DNA of 43,771 bases from a virus. Its lineage: Duplodnaviria > Caudoviricetes. Below, piece by piece: positions 27,300 through 36,214 of the stretch (its first letter is position 1; every line of letters begins with the position of its first letter). Where the stretch lies: IMG/VR virus record IMGVR_UViG_3300046734_001067, positions 1 to 43,771 of that record. The stretch is one strand, 5' to 3'. Position numbers and translations under genes: made by a program. The notes beneath the pieces were generated by a model. The model had not been told where the DNA came from. It was given only the letters and a program-made list of their open reading frames with translations, and did no database searches.

Positions 27300-28813
27300 A
27301 GGTCGTCAAAAGATGGGATTGATGCAGAATTGCTTTGAACTAAATCTCCTCCAGTATTCCTGAAGGCAACAATGTCTCGTAAGTCGCCATACTCGGTGAT
27401 ATTGAAATTTTTAAATGCAAGGTTAATAAAATTCTTGCGCAGATTGTCGTCAACTTGAACTGGCTCAACAGCGCCAGCTATATCTTTACCCAAGTGGCGA
27501 GATTTAACATTAACAAGTTTATGTGTTCCGAATTGGCTTCCCTCTTCTGCAATCTCATCGTGAGTTTTTTGTCTAAGAATAAACATGTGAGAACAAAACT
27601 GAGTAATGCGGTCAGAGAGAGATACAATAGATTCGTCATCAATAATATTTGCACTTTGACGATTGGTGGTAATGCCGCTACGATTTGACTGCACGGATGT
27701 GATCATTGGTATAACTGGACCACCATCTTCCAGTATTTCTTTTTGGATGCATTTTTTAAACTTGTCAACCATTTCGCCGACAAGTTGCCACTCGTTTTTG
27801 TTCCCACTCATGCCGTCTGACGATGTCTTAATATAATCAAAAGAAAATACCATGGCGTTCCCGCGCCCAACCTTAGAGTAGTAAAACCTTTTTAAAGTAT
27901 TTATCATAGAGTCGACATCCATGCCACCAACATTGTAATAATAGAATTTTAGTTTTTTGACTTTGCTCCAAACAGAACGAACTTTAGCAACCGTATCCTC
28001 ACCAGCTTGCCTCCACTTTCCGCTTTCTAACAAATAAGCAGGAACGCCAGATAAAGCTGCGCACTGACGAACAATAAGCTCTTCTTTGCTCATCTCACCA
28101 TTGTCGAAGTGTAGGACTGGCACATCATATTGTGCAGAAACCTTGGTGGCGTAGTCCATGCAAAACTGAGTTTTACCTACGCCAGAGCGAGCAACAATAA
28201 CAGTAATATTGCCTGGTCGCAAGAGTGAACCATAAATGTCGTTGATTTTTTCGTGAGGCCCCATCATGCCAAATTCATCTACTGGATTATTTCCTCGATC
28301 TTCGATGAAGTCTTCCATTTGTTCGTAGATATTTTCTGGAACATCCGATCCAACTTCAAACATGTTGATCTTTTCGTTGTAGATTTGATCAGCAGATTCT
28401 ATGATTTTGAGGTAAGATGTTTCTGGAGAGATGCTTTTCATTGAGTCTGCAATTTTTTTTGCAGTCTTGTTTATTTCTCTGCGTACGCTATATTTCTTCA
28501 ATTCTTTAATTGAAGATTCAATCTTTTCTTCTGAGTTGACCTTTCTCATTGAAAGAGAGCGAACATAGTCTATCAACGTAATATCTTCTTCAAATTTGAT
28601 GCCTAGATCTAAAATTCTTTGAACTAGCACGATTTCGTCTATAGACTCGTCTTGCTGGCAAGCTTTTTTAAGAACGGCGAAAAGAGTTCTGTGTAAAAGA
28701 GATCCGTCGTAAAAATCCGACTCCCCGATCAAGTGCATAAAGTTAACTAAAACTTTCGGCTTTTGGATGAATGCCGCTAGGACCTGCTTCTCAACTTCTA
28801 AACTATATATCAT
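27296..28813 (-). CDS. dnaB: replicative DNA helicase
   Basis: EKQVLAA N-domain, VARSGVGKT, GEMS, FDYIK, VQSNR, KSRH. Confidence 0.9.
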   Translation of the reverse strand: MIYSLEVEKQVLAAFIQKPKVLVNFMHLIGESDFYDGSLLHRTLFAVLKKACQQDESIDEIVLVQRILDLGIKFEEDITLIDYVRSLSMRKVNSEEKIESSIKELKKYSVRREINKTAKKIADSMKSISPETSYLKIIESADQIYNEKINMFEVGSDVPENIYEQMEDFIEDRGNNPVDEFGMMGPHEKINDIYGSLLRPGNITVIVARSGVGKTQFCMDYATKVSAQYDVPVLHFDNGEMSKEELIVRQCAALSGVPAYLLESGKWRQAGEDTVAKVRSVWSKVKKLKFYYYNVGGMDVDSMINTLKRFYYSKVGRGNAMVFSFDYIKTSSDGMSGNKNEWQLVGEMVDKFKKCIQKEILEDGGPVIPMITSVQSNRSGITTNRQSANIIDDESIVSLSDRITQFCSHMFILRQKTHDEIAEEGSQFGTHKLVNVKSRHLGKDIAGAVEPVQVDDNLRKNFINLAFKNFNITEYGDLRDIVAFRNTGGDLVQSNSASIPSFDDL

Positions 28814-28823
28814 ATGTATCAAA

Positions 28824-28851
28824 ATAATACATATGATTTGTACATTGTCAA
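28824..28851 (-). promoter_or_regulatory. sigma70-like promoter
   Basis: TTGACA (28851-28846), 16 nt, TATTAT (28829-28824), 10 nt, ATG 28813. Confidence 0.65.
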
Positions 28852-28858
28852 GGCTTAT

Positions 28859-29101
28859 TCAAGCTTCTTCGTCAATTTCTAGTCCGTTTTCGGAATAATC
28901 GTTAATATAGTCTTCTATTGATTTGATTAATCCAGACTCTGTAATTTGAGAATCGCAGCTTGTATAAATTATTGGAGTACCGTTTTCGTCACAATAAGCA
29001 ATGATAAAGCCTTTGTAGGCTTCGGCTCCGCCAGTCAACTCATAGAGTTGGCTAAGTATCTTTTGGGGCAATTTGAATTCGTTAAATTTTGGTGTCTCCA
29101 T
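28859..29101 (-). CDS. acidic hypothetical protein (80 aa)
   Basis: ORF; GTGTAA (29117-29112) 10 nt upstream. Confidence 0.75.
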   Translation of the reverse strand: METPKFNEFKLPQKILSQLYELTGGAEAYKGFIIAYCDENGTPIIYTSCDSQITESGLIKSIEDYINDYSENGLEIDEEA

Positions 29102-29116
29102 TTAAATTCTTTTACA

Positions 29117-29518
29117 CTACCCCAAAAGTTTTGCGAAAAATTCTTCAGACAATTTGTCATCTGGATATATTTCTATCAGTTTTATTTGATTCAATTCACA
29201 GAACTCTATTTTTTTGTCATCTCTACGTATTTGACGCAAAAAATTAGCACGGGTTTTATGAAAATGCTTAACAAACTGTAAGTGTTGCGCTCCTTGAACT
29301 TCGATTGCTATTTTTTCTGTGTGATTGTAAAAATCTAATGAAAGTTGAGTCCCAACTACTCTAAATTCCTCATAAACAGAGTCATATTTCCAGTATTTAT
29401 ATAGGTATTTTCTGACTTCTGCTTGAAATTTGCTACGACATTTACCGTTCCACTTGATTTTGTACTTGTGTGGGTTTCTTAGTGGCTTCTCTTTGCCGTA
29501 TAGAGTTGTGAATTTCAA
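29117..29518 (-). CDS. DUF559/Vsr-like endonuclease
   Basis: LDFY...IAIEVQGAQH...RDDKKIEFCELNQIKLIEI; TTG start. Confidence 0.8.
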   Translation of the reverse strand: MKFTTLYGKEKPLRNPHKYKIKWNGKCRSKFQAEVRKYLYKYWKYDSVYEEFRVVGTQLSLDFYNHTEKIAIEVQGAQHLQFVKHFHKTRANFLRQIRRDDKKIEFCELNQIKLIEIYPDDKLSEEFFAKLLG

Positions 29519-29521
29519 AAT

Positions 29522-29686
29522 TTAATCGCCTTTATTTTTTCTTTTATTATGAAAATCAAATAAAACTTTCACTTTTTCGTTAATGCTTTCGATATTGTAG
29601 TGCATTCTAGCGAGAACTACGACAAGAGTGATAAAGCCAATAAACACTGGCCACAAGGAGGATAAAACGGTATATATGTCAGGCAT
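29522..29686 (-). CDS. small single-TM protein (54 aa; not in the ORF track)
   Basis: MPDIYTVLSSLWPVFIGFITLVVVLARMHYNIESINEKVKVLFDFHNKRKNKGD; GTGTAA (29704-29699) 12 nt upstream. Confidence 0.75.
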   Translation of the reverse strand: MPDIYTVLSSLWPVFIGFITLVVVLARMHYNIESINEKVKVLFDFHNKRKNKGD

Positions 29687-29729
29687 GGATGTATTTATTT
29701 ACACTCGCATGCCCGACTTTTTTACAAAC

Positions 29730-30842
29730 TTAAGATAATTCCCCAATATTAGATTTAAAATAATTAATTAAAAATTTACAAAGCTCCTCGTTTTCCTCTA
29801 TCATTTTAAATAAATTGGCTTCTCCTTGAATTTTTTCAGGCAAGTCTGCCACAATATCAGACACAAGCTCTTTGAACTCCTCTCCGATAGTAATCCATGC
29901 TCCCTTTTTAGTGACGAACTCCCACATATACAATAAGTCGACGAGCTCCTTCTCTACCCAAACAGACTTGCCTCCAGTTCTGCCATATCTGATAGGATAC
30001 ATAATGGTATTATTGGTTTTCTCGTTTGGAGATTTTTTGATTGTAGCTTTAGCCCAATGACCAATAATTGGATTGGTTTTGGGGTCTGGTTGCTTTTTCG
30101 ATGGGTCTTGTAAAATCATATCAGACTTAAATCGAGGTTCAAATTCGATAATATAGTTGGCAAAGTGGAGCAATGCGTTGCCCCCCGTTGCTGACGTCTG
30201 ACGTATGGGAGCCTTCGTGTATGGGTCTAGCTTGATGTCTGCCCTTACTTGGCTAATGAAAATAGCCATATGGCCCCTTTTTGCGAGAGAGATAGACATT
30301 CTTTTCATGAAGTTCGCTGCGATAACTGCGCCTCCAGCGACTTTATTAGAATCGTAAAAGCTTTTACTGATATCCTGTTGAGAAATTAACCCATCTACAG
30401 AATCCAAAAGGAAACAGTATTTGTGCTTGTCTTCATTCTGGTCTACTAGGGTTTTGATGGAGTCTACGACCACCTCATAAATATTACTCTCGAAAACAAA
30501 ACAAGTTCCAGCTACCCACTCCTTAGCACTAAAGACGAAGTTGATGCCAGATCGCAGCATCATCTCCCTTGAGAGTCGGCCTTCTGCTTTGATGTAGAAT
30601 CCTTTAGCATCGTCTTGGGTATTGAGCATATTTTTCATAACTTCCAGCGCGGCGGAAGTTTTGCCCCCCTCGTTCATTCCGACAAACCTGTGTAGTCCAG
30701 GCCCAAAGCCCCCACCTAAGTTTAAATCCAATTGAAGGGACCCGCTTGAAGCTTTGTAGTCAATAGCATCTTCGAAGTTGTAGTGATGATCTTTCTTATC
30801 CTTAAGAAACTTTTCTAATAGTTCTGAATCTTTGTCGCTCAT
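29730..30842 (-). CDS. recA: RecA/UvsX-like recombinase
   Basis: SSGSLQLDLNLGGG, GMNEGGKTS, LLDSVDGL, IFISQVR, GGNALLHFA, KKGAW. Confidence 0.9.
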   Translation of the reverse strand: MSDKDSELLEKFLKDKKDHHYNFEDAIDYKASSGSLQLDLNLGGGFGPGLHRFVGMNEGGKTSAALEVMKNMLNTQDDAKGFYIKAEGRLSREMMLRSGINFVFSAKEWVAGTCFVFESNIYEVVVDSIKTLVDQNEDKHKYCFLLDSVDGLISQQDISKSFYDSNKVAGGAVIAANFMKRMSISLAKRGHMAIFISQVRADIKLDPYTKAPIRQTSATGGNALLHFANYIIEFEPRFKSDMILQDPSKKQPDPKTNPIIGHWAKATIKKSPNEKTNNTIMYPIRYGRTGGKSVWVEKELVDLLYMWEFVTKKGAWITIGEEFKELVSDIVADLPEKIQGEANLFKMIEENEELCKFLINYFKSNIGELS

Positions 30843-31195
30843 TTTAATAAATCTTTCGTATTTTTTGGTTTATGATCTGCTGGAATATAATCTTTTCCAC
30901 ATTTTTCTCCAATAGTATGGGTTTCATATTTAGAAAAGTCAACTTTAAAGTTAAAGTTTCTCCATTTTCTATTCATAGTGTCTTGAAGCTCTTTAGACAC
31001 TAGGTATGCAAGACTGTCATATTTCTTTGGAAAAGTAACAATTTCCAAGAAATCAAGAGAATATCGGCCCTCAAGATCCTTAAAAAGCTTCATTTCTTTA
31101 GCCCAAAAGAATCGTCTTTGGGTTTTGGGTATATCAATCAGCCTGCCAATTGCTAGTTGGCGCCTTTTATGTGGCGTTAATTTCTTTGAGGTCAT
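30839..31195 (-). CDS. hypothetical basic protein
   Basis: 118 aa ORF overlapping both neighbours. Confidence 0.7.
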   Translation of the reverse strand: MTSKKLTPHKRRQLAIGRLIDIPKTQRRFFWAKEMKLFKDLEGRYSLDFLEIVTFPKKYDSLAYLVSKELQDTMNRKWRNFNFKVDFSKYETHTIGEKCGKDYIPADHKPKNTKDLLK

Positions 31196-32225
31196 TGAGT
31201 GTCATCCTACGGACTAGAGATGGGAAGTCAACACTTTTTTCCCAGTTTAAGTCTTTTTGCGCTTCAGATGGGTCGCCCAACAGCAAATCAACCTCTGCTG
31301 GCCTATAAAAATCTGGATTCACTTTAACTAGGGTCATATCTACTGGCACTTCTCCAAGAAATTTAAATTTTTCATTCTCCCCTTCGCCAGACCAAAATCC
31401 CTTAATACCTGCATTTTCAAAAGCCATTTCTACAAACTCTTTAACTGTATGTGTTTCGCCAGAAGCCAAGAGGTAATCTTTGGGCGTTTCTTCGTTTAGC
31501 ATTAACCAAACGGCTCGCACAAAGTCTTCTGCATGGCTCCAATCTCTTTTAGCGTTCATGTTCCCCAGTTCGAGTGGTTCAAAATCGGTATTTCCTTCGC
31601 TAATGGATGTTGCAATTCGTGCAACAGATTTAGTGATTTTTCTAGTTACGAACTCCTCACCTCTACGTTCGGATTCGTGGTTAAATAAATACCCCTGAAC
31701 GGCAAAAATATTATAAGATTCTCTCCAAACCTTTACAATTTGTCTAGCGGCCACCTTGGAGGCGCCATATGGGCTTCTGGGTCTAGATGGGTGATCAAGG
31801 TCTTGTGGGCTGTACTGTACATCACCGAACTCCTCTGATGATCCAGCATTGTAGTATTTGCAGTGGGGACAATACTTGCGTATCGCTTCAAGCTGATGTA
31901 GCACTCCCATCGTGTTATTTTGAAAATGGTTTACTGGCATTCTCCAGCTACTACCAACAAAAGAATTAGCAGCAAAATTGATAAAATAGTCTGGTTTGAT
32001 TTCTTCGACGCAGGAACTAATACTGTGCTCGTCACCCAAATCCATTTCAATTAATTCAAAGTTCGGGTCTTTAATATGGGCAATGTTTTGATGGTTTGGC
32101 ACACTAAGCCTACGGATAGTTCCGTATACCTTTACGTTAGTGAATTTAAGTAGGAAGTCTACCATGTATGATCCAACTTGCCCCGTTACTCCTGTTACTA
32201 TTGCTTTTTTAATCATTGTTTTCAT
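31167..32225 (-). CDS. gmd: GDP-mannose 4,6-dehydratase
   Basis: TGVTGQVGSY, SSEEFG, PRSPYGASK, LFNHESERRGEEFVTRKIT, LGNMNAKRDW, YRPAEVDLLLGD. Confidence 0.95.
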   Translation of the reverse strand: MKTMIKKAIVTGVTGQVGSYMVDFLLKFTNVKVYGTIRRLSVPNHQNIAHIKDPNFELIEMDLGDEHSISSCVEEIKPDYFINFAANSFVGSSWRMPVNHFQNNTMGVLHQLEAIRKYCPHCKYYNAGSSEEFGDVQYSPQDLDHPSRPRSPYGASKVAARQIVKVWRESYNIFAVQGYLFNHESERRGEEFVTRKITKSVARIATSISEGNTDFEPLELGNMNAKRDWSHAEDFVRAVWLMLNEETPKDYLLASGETHTVKEFVEMAFENAGIKGFWSGEGENEKFKFLGEVPVDMTLVKVNPDFYRPAEVDLLLGDPSEAQKDLNWEKSVDFPSLVRRMTLNDLKEINAT

Positions 32226-32842
32226 TTTAAATCTTTCTGCCAGTCTATATCGACGCATTCTTCACCAGTAAGTTCATAAAAAAATGGATTATTTCCAATT
32301 CTACACCTGCACTTTATTAGAGCTTCTTTGGTTATTCCGTATAGACCCGTTGTCTCTTCGAGTATTGGTTTAGAGTCTTGACTTCTAGGCAAAACGGATG
32401 GTCTATAAGTTACGGGAATATTGTTGTACCAAAACCATCCAAAATGTTTTTTAACTGTTAGGATGGAATCATATTTTTTTTGATTTTTAACCAAAGACTC
32501 TACACAATTTTTTATTGAATCTGGTTTTAAATTTGGAGCAGTGGCGAATAACTGAAAGTAATAGTCACAGTCTACTAGGGATTGGTGATGATTTAGTAAA
32601 TCATTTCCGTTTGCAGTATCCAAAGATAATTCTGGTTTTCTTGTTATTAATTTACAATTTTTAGAAAGAGCAAATTCTTCTATTTCCTTTGAATCTGTAT
32701 CTATGTAAATATGATCGAATGAATTTGATTCAATGCTGGCGTTAATTATATGAGTATATAGCTTCTTTCCGTTAAAAATTAAAAAATTTTTATCTTTAAT
32801 TCTTTCGCTGTAAGATTTTATTGGTATAAAGCAATTTATCAT
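32222..32842 (-). CDS. acylneuraminate cytidylyltransferase (NeuA/CTP_transf_3)
   Basis: IPIKSYSERIKDKN, IDTDS, TAP, LPRSQD, EETTGLY, VDID. Confidence 0.88.
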   Translation of the reverse strand: MINCFIPIKSYSERIKDKNFLIFNGKKLYTHIINASIESNSFDHIYIDTDSKEIEEFALSKNCKLITRKPELSLDTANGNDLLNHHQSLVDCDYYFQLFATAPNLKPDSIKNCVESLVKNQKKYDSILTVKKHFGWFWYNNIPVTYRPSVLPRSQDSKPILEETTGLYGITKEALIKCRCRIGNNPFFYELTGEECVDIDWQKDLK

Positions 32843-33624
32843 ATTTCGTCAATAGAGTTAGGGTGCATTGGGTTTTTTGTAAACCAATCTTGGTCAACTC
32901 CTCTATAATAAGGTTGGTCTTTGTTGTGTCTAGAGGAATTCGCGCTAAATTTAAAATCGCCAAGCTTGGAAATAGGCACAATGTCGAAGCATTTTTTCAT
33001 ATTTTCTTTGGATTCTTGTAGGGTCGCTTCTTTTTTTAGAATAATTTCACAAGAAGTTTTACCAAATATTGATTCGGGGCGAGGCTTAAAAAAATCTTTA
33101 TTCGAATCAAAATAAACCAATTCGGCATTTTCTTTTTTAAAGCCAAGGTTGTGATAACTTTCGCATATACATGCACATTTTTTATAAATATCTATGAGCG
33201 TTTTTGTTTTTGAAAGAATTAAATGGTCTGACGGGTGGTACTTATTATCAATATCTCTTTGTGACATTATATTGGTTGTCACTATTTTATCATCTTGTAA
33301 TTTGTTTATGAGTGAATCTAGGTTTGAAAAGCTTTCATCTGATCTTGTTTTGATAGAATATTTTTTATTAGACAGGCTTAAACCGTTTAAAGTAGATAAG
33401 CATTGAAAATAAAAATTACCATAATTATACTCTTCTTTTATTGATGGAAGTGGAAAAACTAAAGTTTTAATATTCTTGTATTTAGAAAGGTCACAGCTAA
33501 AGGGCTTGTCGCCCCATGTTGAAACAATTACCTCTGAAAATTGACAATAATAATCAAGATTATTTAAAGAAATTTCACTTATAGGGCCTTGAATTATTAT
33601 CGAAATATCTTTTTTACTTATCAT
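32839..33624 (-). CDS. WavE-like lipopolysaccharide synthesis protein
   Basis: DISIIIQGP, EVIVSTW, QCLSTLNGL, KTRSD, HPSDH. Confidence 0.75.
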   Translation of the reverse strand: MISKKDISIIIQGPISEISLNNLDYYCQFSEVIVSTWGDKPFSCDLSKYKNIKTLVFPLPSIKEEYNYGNFYFQCLSTLNGLSLSNKKYSIKTRSDESFSNLDSLINKLQDDKIVTTNIMSQRDIDNKYHPSDHLILSKTKTLIDIYKKCACICESYHNLGFKKENAELVYFDSNKDFFKPRPESIFGKTSCEIILKKEATLQESKENMKKCFDIVPISKLGDFKFSANSSRHNKDQPYYRGVDQDWFTKNPMHPNSIDEI

Positions 33625-33878
33625 TTTTTGTACTTAAGCCACACGACTAGCATGATTATGGCAGATAATAAACTCAAACCATAATTAATCAACCACCAAA
33701 AATCAAAGCCAACTCTTAAGATAGTATAAGATATAGCTGATACATATCCGACAATAGAAAGTACAAACAAAGATATGCTAACGTCTTCTACCTTTTTTGT
33801 TTTTATGCTTTTGATTATCTGCGGCCAAATGCAGGTACTAAAGCACACCGTGTATACTAAACCTAAGAATTGTTCCAT
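33621..33878 (-). CDS. PQ-loop / SemiSWEET-like 3-TM transporter
   Basis: WPQIIKSIKTKKVEDVS, three hydrophobic helices, conserved Asn in TM3. Confidence 0.85.
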   Translation of the reverse strand: MEQFLGLVYTVCFSTCIWPQIIKSIKTKKVEDVSISLFVLSIVGYVSAISYTILRVGFDFWWLINYGLSLLSAIIMLVVWLKYKK

Positions 33879-34540
33879 TTAAGAGCCTCTGATAGGGTTG
33901 GAAATTGATCTAGGAAAATGTTCTTGCAATCGTCCGCAACTTGTCGATGTTCTTTTTGCGTTTCTTCTTGTGACCTAAGATCTATGTAATGTATCCAACT
34001 GCGGAGAGATCCAGACATGTACATAGTAGTTTCTGTTGATAATGGCAAAATCATTCGAGCGCTTTCCCTCGCTACTCCACTCTTGATTAAATCTTCATAG
34101 ATTTTAAAAGCAAAGTCTGTGTGGCTTTTTAAAACTTCAGAAGCCGAACGAGTTGTTTTTGAATAATATTCATCCATAATTACAGGATCGATTACTTCAT
34201 CTCCAACCTGTCTGTTGGTTTTCCCTTGTTCTCTTAATTCAATCGGACACGAAGATAGCGCTTCTGAGTATCTTTGGCTGAACTCTTGAAAAGAAAAAGA
34301 TCGATGCCTAAGAATTTGTGCGGCAATAGCTCTACTGGTTTTAATCTCAAGAGTCATTGAAACCATTTCAAATGGCGACCAGTGTTTATGTTTAATTAAA
34401 TATTTTAAAAGTTTCTGAGAAGTTTTCTTATTTAACTGATTATTTGGATTGCTAACGCGGGCGCAATAAGCCACAAGATCTTCTGCGTTTTTAACCCCTT
34501 CGATTGCGGGCTTCGAAATAGATACTAGTTTAACTGACAT
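33863..34540 (-). CDS. thyX: FAD-dependent thymidylate synthase
   Basis: HWSPFE, QILRHRSFSFQEFSQRY, ESARMILP, TQKEHR. Confidence 0.96.
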   Translation of the reverse strand: MSVKLVSISKPAIEGVKNAEDLVAYCARVSNPNNQLNKKTSQKLLKYLIKHKHWSPFEMVSMTLEIKTSRAIAAQILRHRSFSFQEFSQRYSEALSSCPIELREQGKTNRQVGDEVIDPVIMDEYYSKTTRSASEVLKSHTDFAFKIYEDLIKSGVARESARMILPLSTETTMYMSGSLRSWIHYIDLRSQEETQKEHRQVADDCKNIFLDQFPTLSEALKWNNS

Positions 34541-34546
34541 AGCGCT

Positions 34547-34574
34547 ATCCTATAATTTAGGAAGCGTTTTTCAA
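34547..34574 (-). promoter_or_regulatory. sigma70-like promoter, leaderless
   Basis: TTGAAA, 16 nt, TAGGAT, 6 nt, ATG 34540. Confidence 0.5.
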
Positions 34575-34759
34575 TTTTTATCTCTACTTTTTTTCCAATT
34601 TGATCGATGGTGTCTAACCCACGTCAAAAGGGCTCTTTCAAAACCAATATCTTGATCAGCCTTTTCAGACTCTATCCATTTGAGTTTGAGTATTTCTTCT
34701 CTTTCTGCCAAGAATTCTTTATATAAACTAGAACCTGTGGCGAAATGACCAGTCATCAA
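34571..34759 (-). CDS. DUF4032-like small protein
   Basis: SSLYKEFLAEREEILKLKWIESEKADQDIGFERALLTW. Confidence 0.75.
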   Translation of the reverse strand: MMTGHFATGSSLYKEFLAEREEILKLKWIESEKADQDIGFERALLTWVRHHRSNWKKSRDKN

Positions 34760-35640
34760 TCTTCATCTTGGATGATTTGAGCTTCTGCTAAAGTTGGGTC
34801 GAGCAAAAGTAGGGATGCATCAGATTCAAGCTCTGCTTCTACTTTTTTGCCTGATTCCCATTGTCTGCAAGACCAATACCTTGCTTTATATTTGGGGCCA
34901 GGATTTGTGTCGCATTGATGCCTAGCTCTAAATGATTTTCTGCGAGCTGGGTCGTCTCTTTTGATTTCCATATTTGGGTCACCAAAAGTTACTTTGACTA
35001 CATTGCCTTTATCATTTTTGACGTAAACCCCAAATTTCTTTTTGGATCCGCTCGGTAGTCTAAATGGTTTATTTAAAGTTTTCTTTTCTGCTTCTGATTC
35101 GCAATCCCAATCTTCAGCTTTGGAATTTTCTAAAATCTCGACATCAGAAATTTGAGAAGCTAAAAGATCGATCTTAGCGAGAGCTAATTCTATTTTTGAA
35201 TAATCGTCATAAAGCGATTCTACAGTGATATTAAGCAGTTCTTCTTCTGACGCTTTCGCTACATCTTGGTCTGCCTTGCGATAAGAATCTTTCACTTTCC
35301 CGCCTCGCATCATTTTTAGGAACATGTTTACACGAGCCATGGCCCAACTACCTCTAGTCTGACCAGGTCTGTGAGAAGTAGAAAATGCTCCAGCGCCCCT
35401 GCGATAAACCTTCTTAAGCATTCCCAGTGTGACTTTTTTGCCAGACTTTTCGTTGTGTTTTTTAACCTTGTTCTTCAGGGCTGTTGTGACCTTTTCGCTA
35501 AAGGTTATCGCTCCAGCGGCTGATCCTGGCTCGTTAACTGAAGAACCTTTCTTTCTTTCTTCTGGTTTGGCTGGGGTTTGAGCGCCACTTTTAGGGCCTG
35601 GCCTAGAAGATTTAAGTTCATCTGAGAAGTCTAATTCCAT
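34756..35640 (-). CDS. two-domain basic phage protein (DUF5824-like domain plus a C-terminal FGD...RKSFRARH..C..YWSC domain)
   Basis: LKKVYRRGAGAFSTSHRPG..WAMARVN; FGDPNMEIKRDDPARRKSFRARHQC; GTGTAA 8 nt upstream. Confidence 0.75.
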   Translation of the reverse strand: MELDFSDELKSSRPGPKSGAQTPAKPEERKKGSSVNEPGSAAGAITFSEKVTTALKNKVKKHNEKSGKKVTLGMLKKVYRRGAGAFSTSHRPGQTRGSWAMARVNMFLKMMRGGKVKDSYRKADQDVAKASEEELLNITVESLYDDYSKIELALAKIDLLASQISDVEILENSKAEDWDCESEAEKKTLNKPFRLPSGSKKKFGVYVKNDKGNVVKVTFGDPNMEIKRDDPARRKSFRARHQCDTNPGPKYKARYWSCRQWESGKKVEAELESDASLLLLDPTLAEAQIIQDED

Positions 35641-35648
35641 AATATATG

Positions 35649-35654
35649 TTACAC
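35649..35654 (-). promoter_or_regulatory. GTGTAA upstream element
   Basis: GTGTAA, 8 nt, ATG 35640. Confidence 0.75.
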
Positions 35655-35670
35655 TTTTTTTAAAAAAAAT

Positions 35671-35958
35671 CTACCCCCATATTTTGTAAGCTATAATTGC
35701 GGCGACAGCTGTCAGTAATCCGCTTATAAATACCCAAGTTATTTTACTAAACCCATTCATAAATGCCCTGGTCTCAGCGGTTGATCTTTCCATTTCCATC
35801 ATCCTTGAGTTCATATCTTCGATTTTTTTAAAAAGGACATCGGTTAGGGTACCTAGTTGAATCAGCTTCTCTTCGGCTCTAGCTATAGAGATGATGGCGT
35901 CTGATAATTTATCAACCTTTTCCTCTATTCGGGTTAGTCTATCTGATTGTTCTGACAT
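35671..35958 (-). CDS. coiled-coil protein with a C-terminal TM helix (holin/XhlA-like architecture)
   Basis: RLTRIEEKVDKL heptads, then ITWVFISGLLTAVAAII; GTGTAA (35973-35968) 9 nt upstream of ATG 35958. Confidence 0.7.
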   Translation of the reverse strand: MSEQSDRLTRIEEKVDKLSDAIISIARAEEKLIQLGTLTDVLFKKIEDMNSRMMEMERSTAETRAFMNGFSKITWVFISGLLTAVAAIIAYKIWG

Positions 35959-35967
35959 TAACATTAT

Positions 35968-36213
35968 TTACACTAAATTATTAAAATTTTCTTCAGGAAA
36001 TAAGTGTTCCTTATATTCTTCTTCATCAATGTTAAAGAAATCGCAAGCTTCTGAAAGGCTATCGAAATATCTCCAATCATCTATAGGATAAGTATATGTA
36101 TCCTTTAGGCTAATATCTAAAACATAATCTTTATTTTCTAAGTGAGTGGCAAAGAGCATGACTGATCTTTTCGCTCCTATTTCCAATTTATAAAATCCGT
36201 TTTCTTCTTCCAT
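35968..36213 (-). CDS. small acidic protein downstream of the fibre genes
   Basis: GFYKLE...KDTYTYPIDDWRYFDS; 1 nt after the upstream stop. Confidence 0.7.
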   Translation of the reverse strand: MEEENGFYKLEIGAKRSVMLFATHLENKDYVLDISLKDTYTYPIDDWRYFDSLSEACDFFNIDEEEYKEHLFPEENFNNLV

Positions 36214-36214
36214 A

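Noticed and set aside
29705-29722. Possible hairpin plus T-run after recA
   Set aside because: The stem is only about 3 bp and the T-run is on the wrong strand
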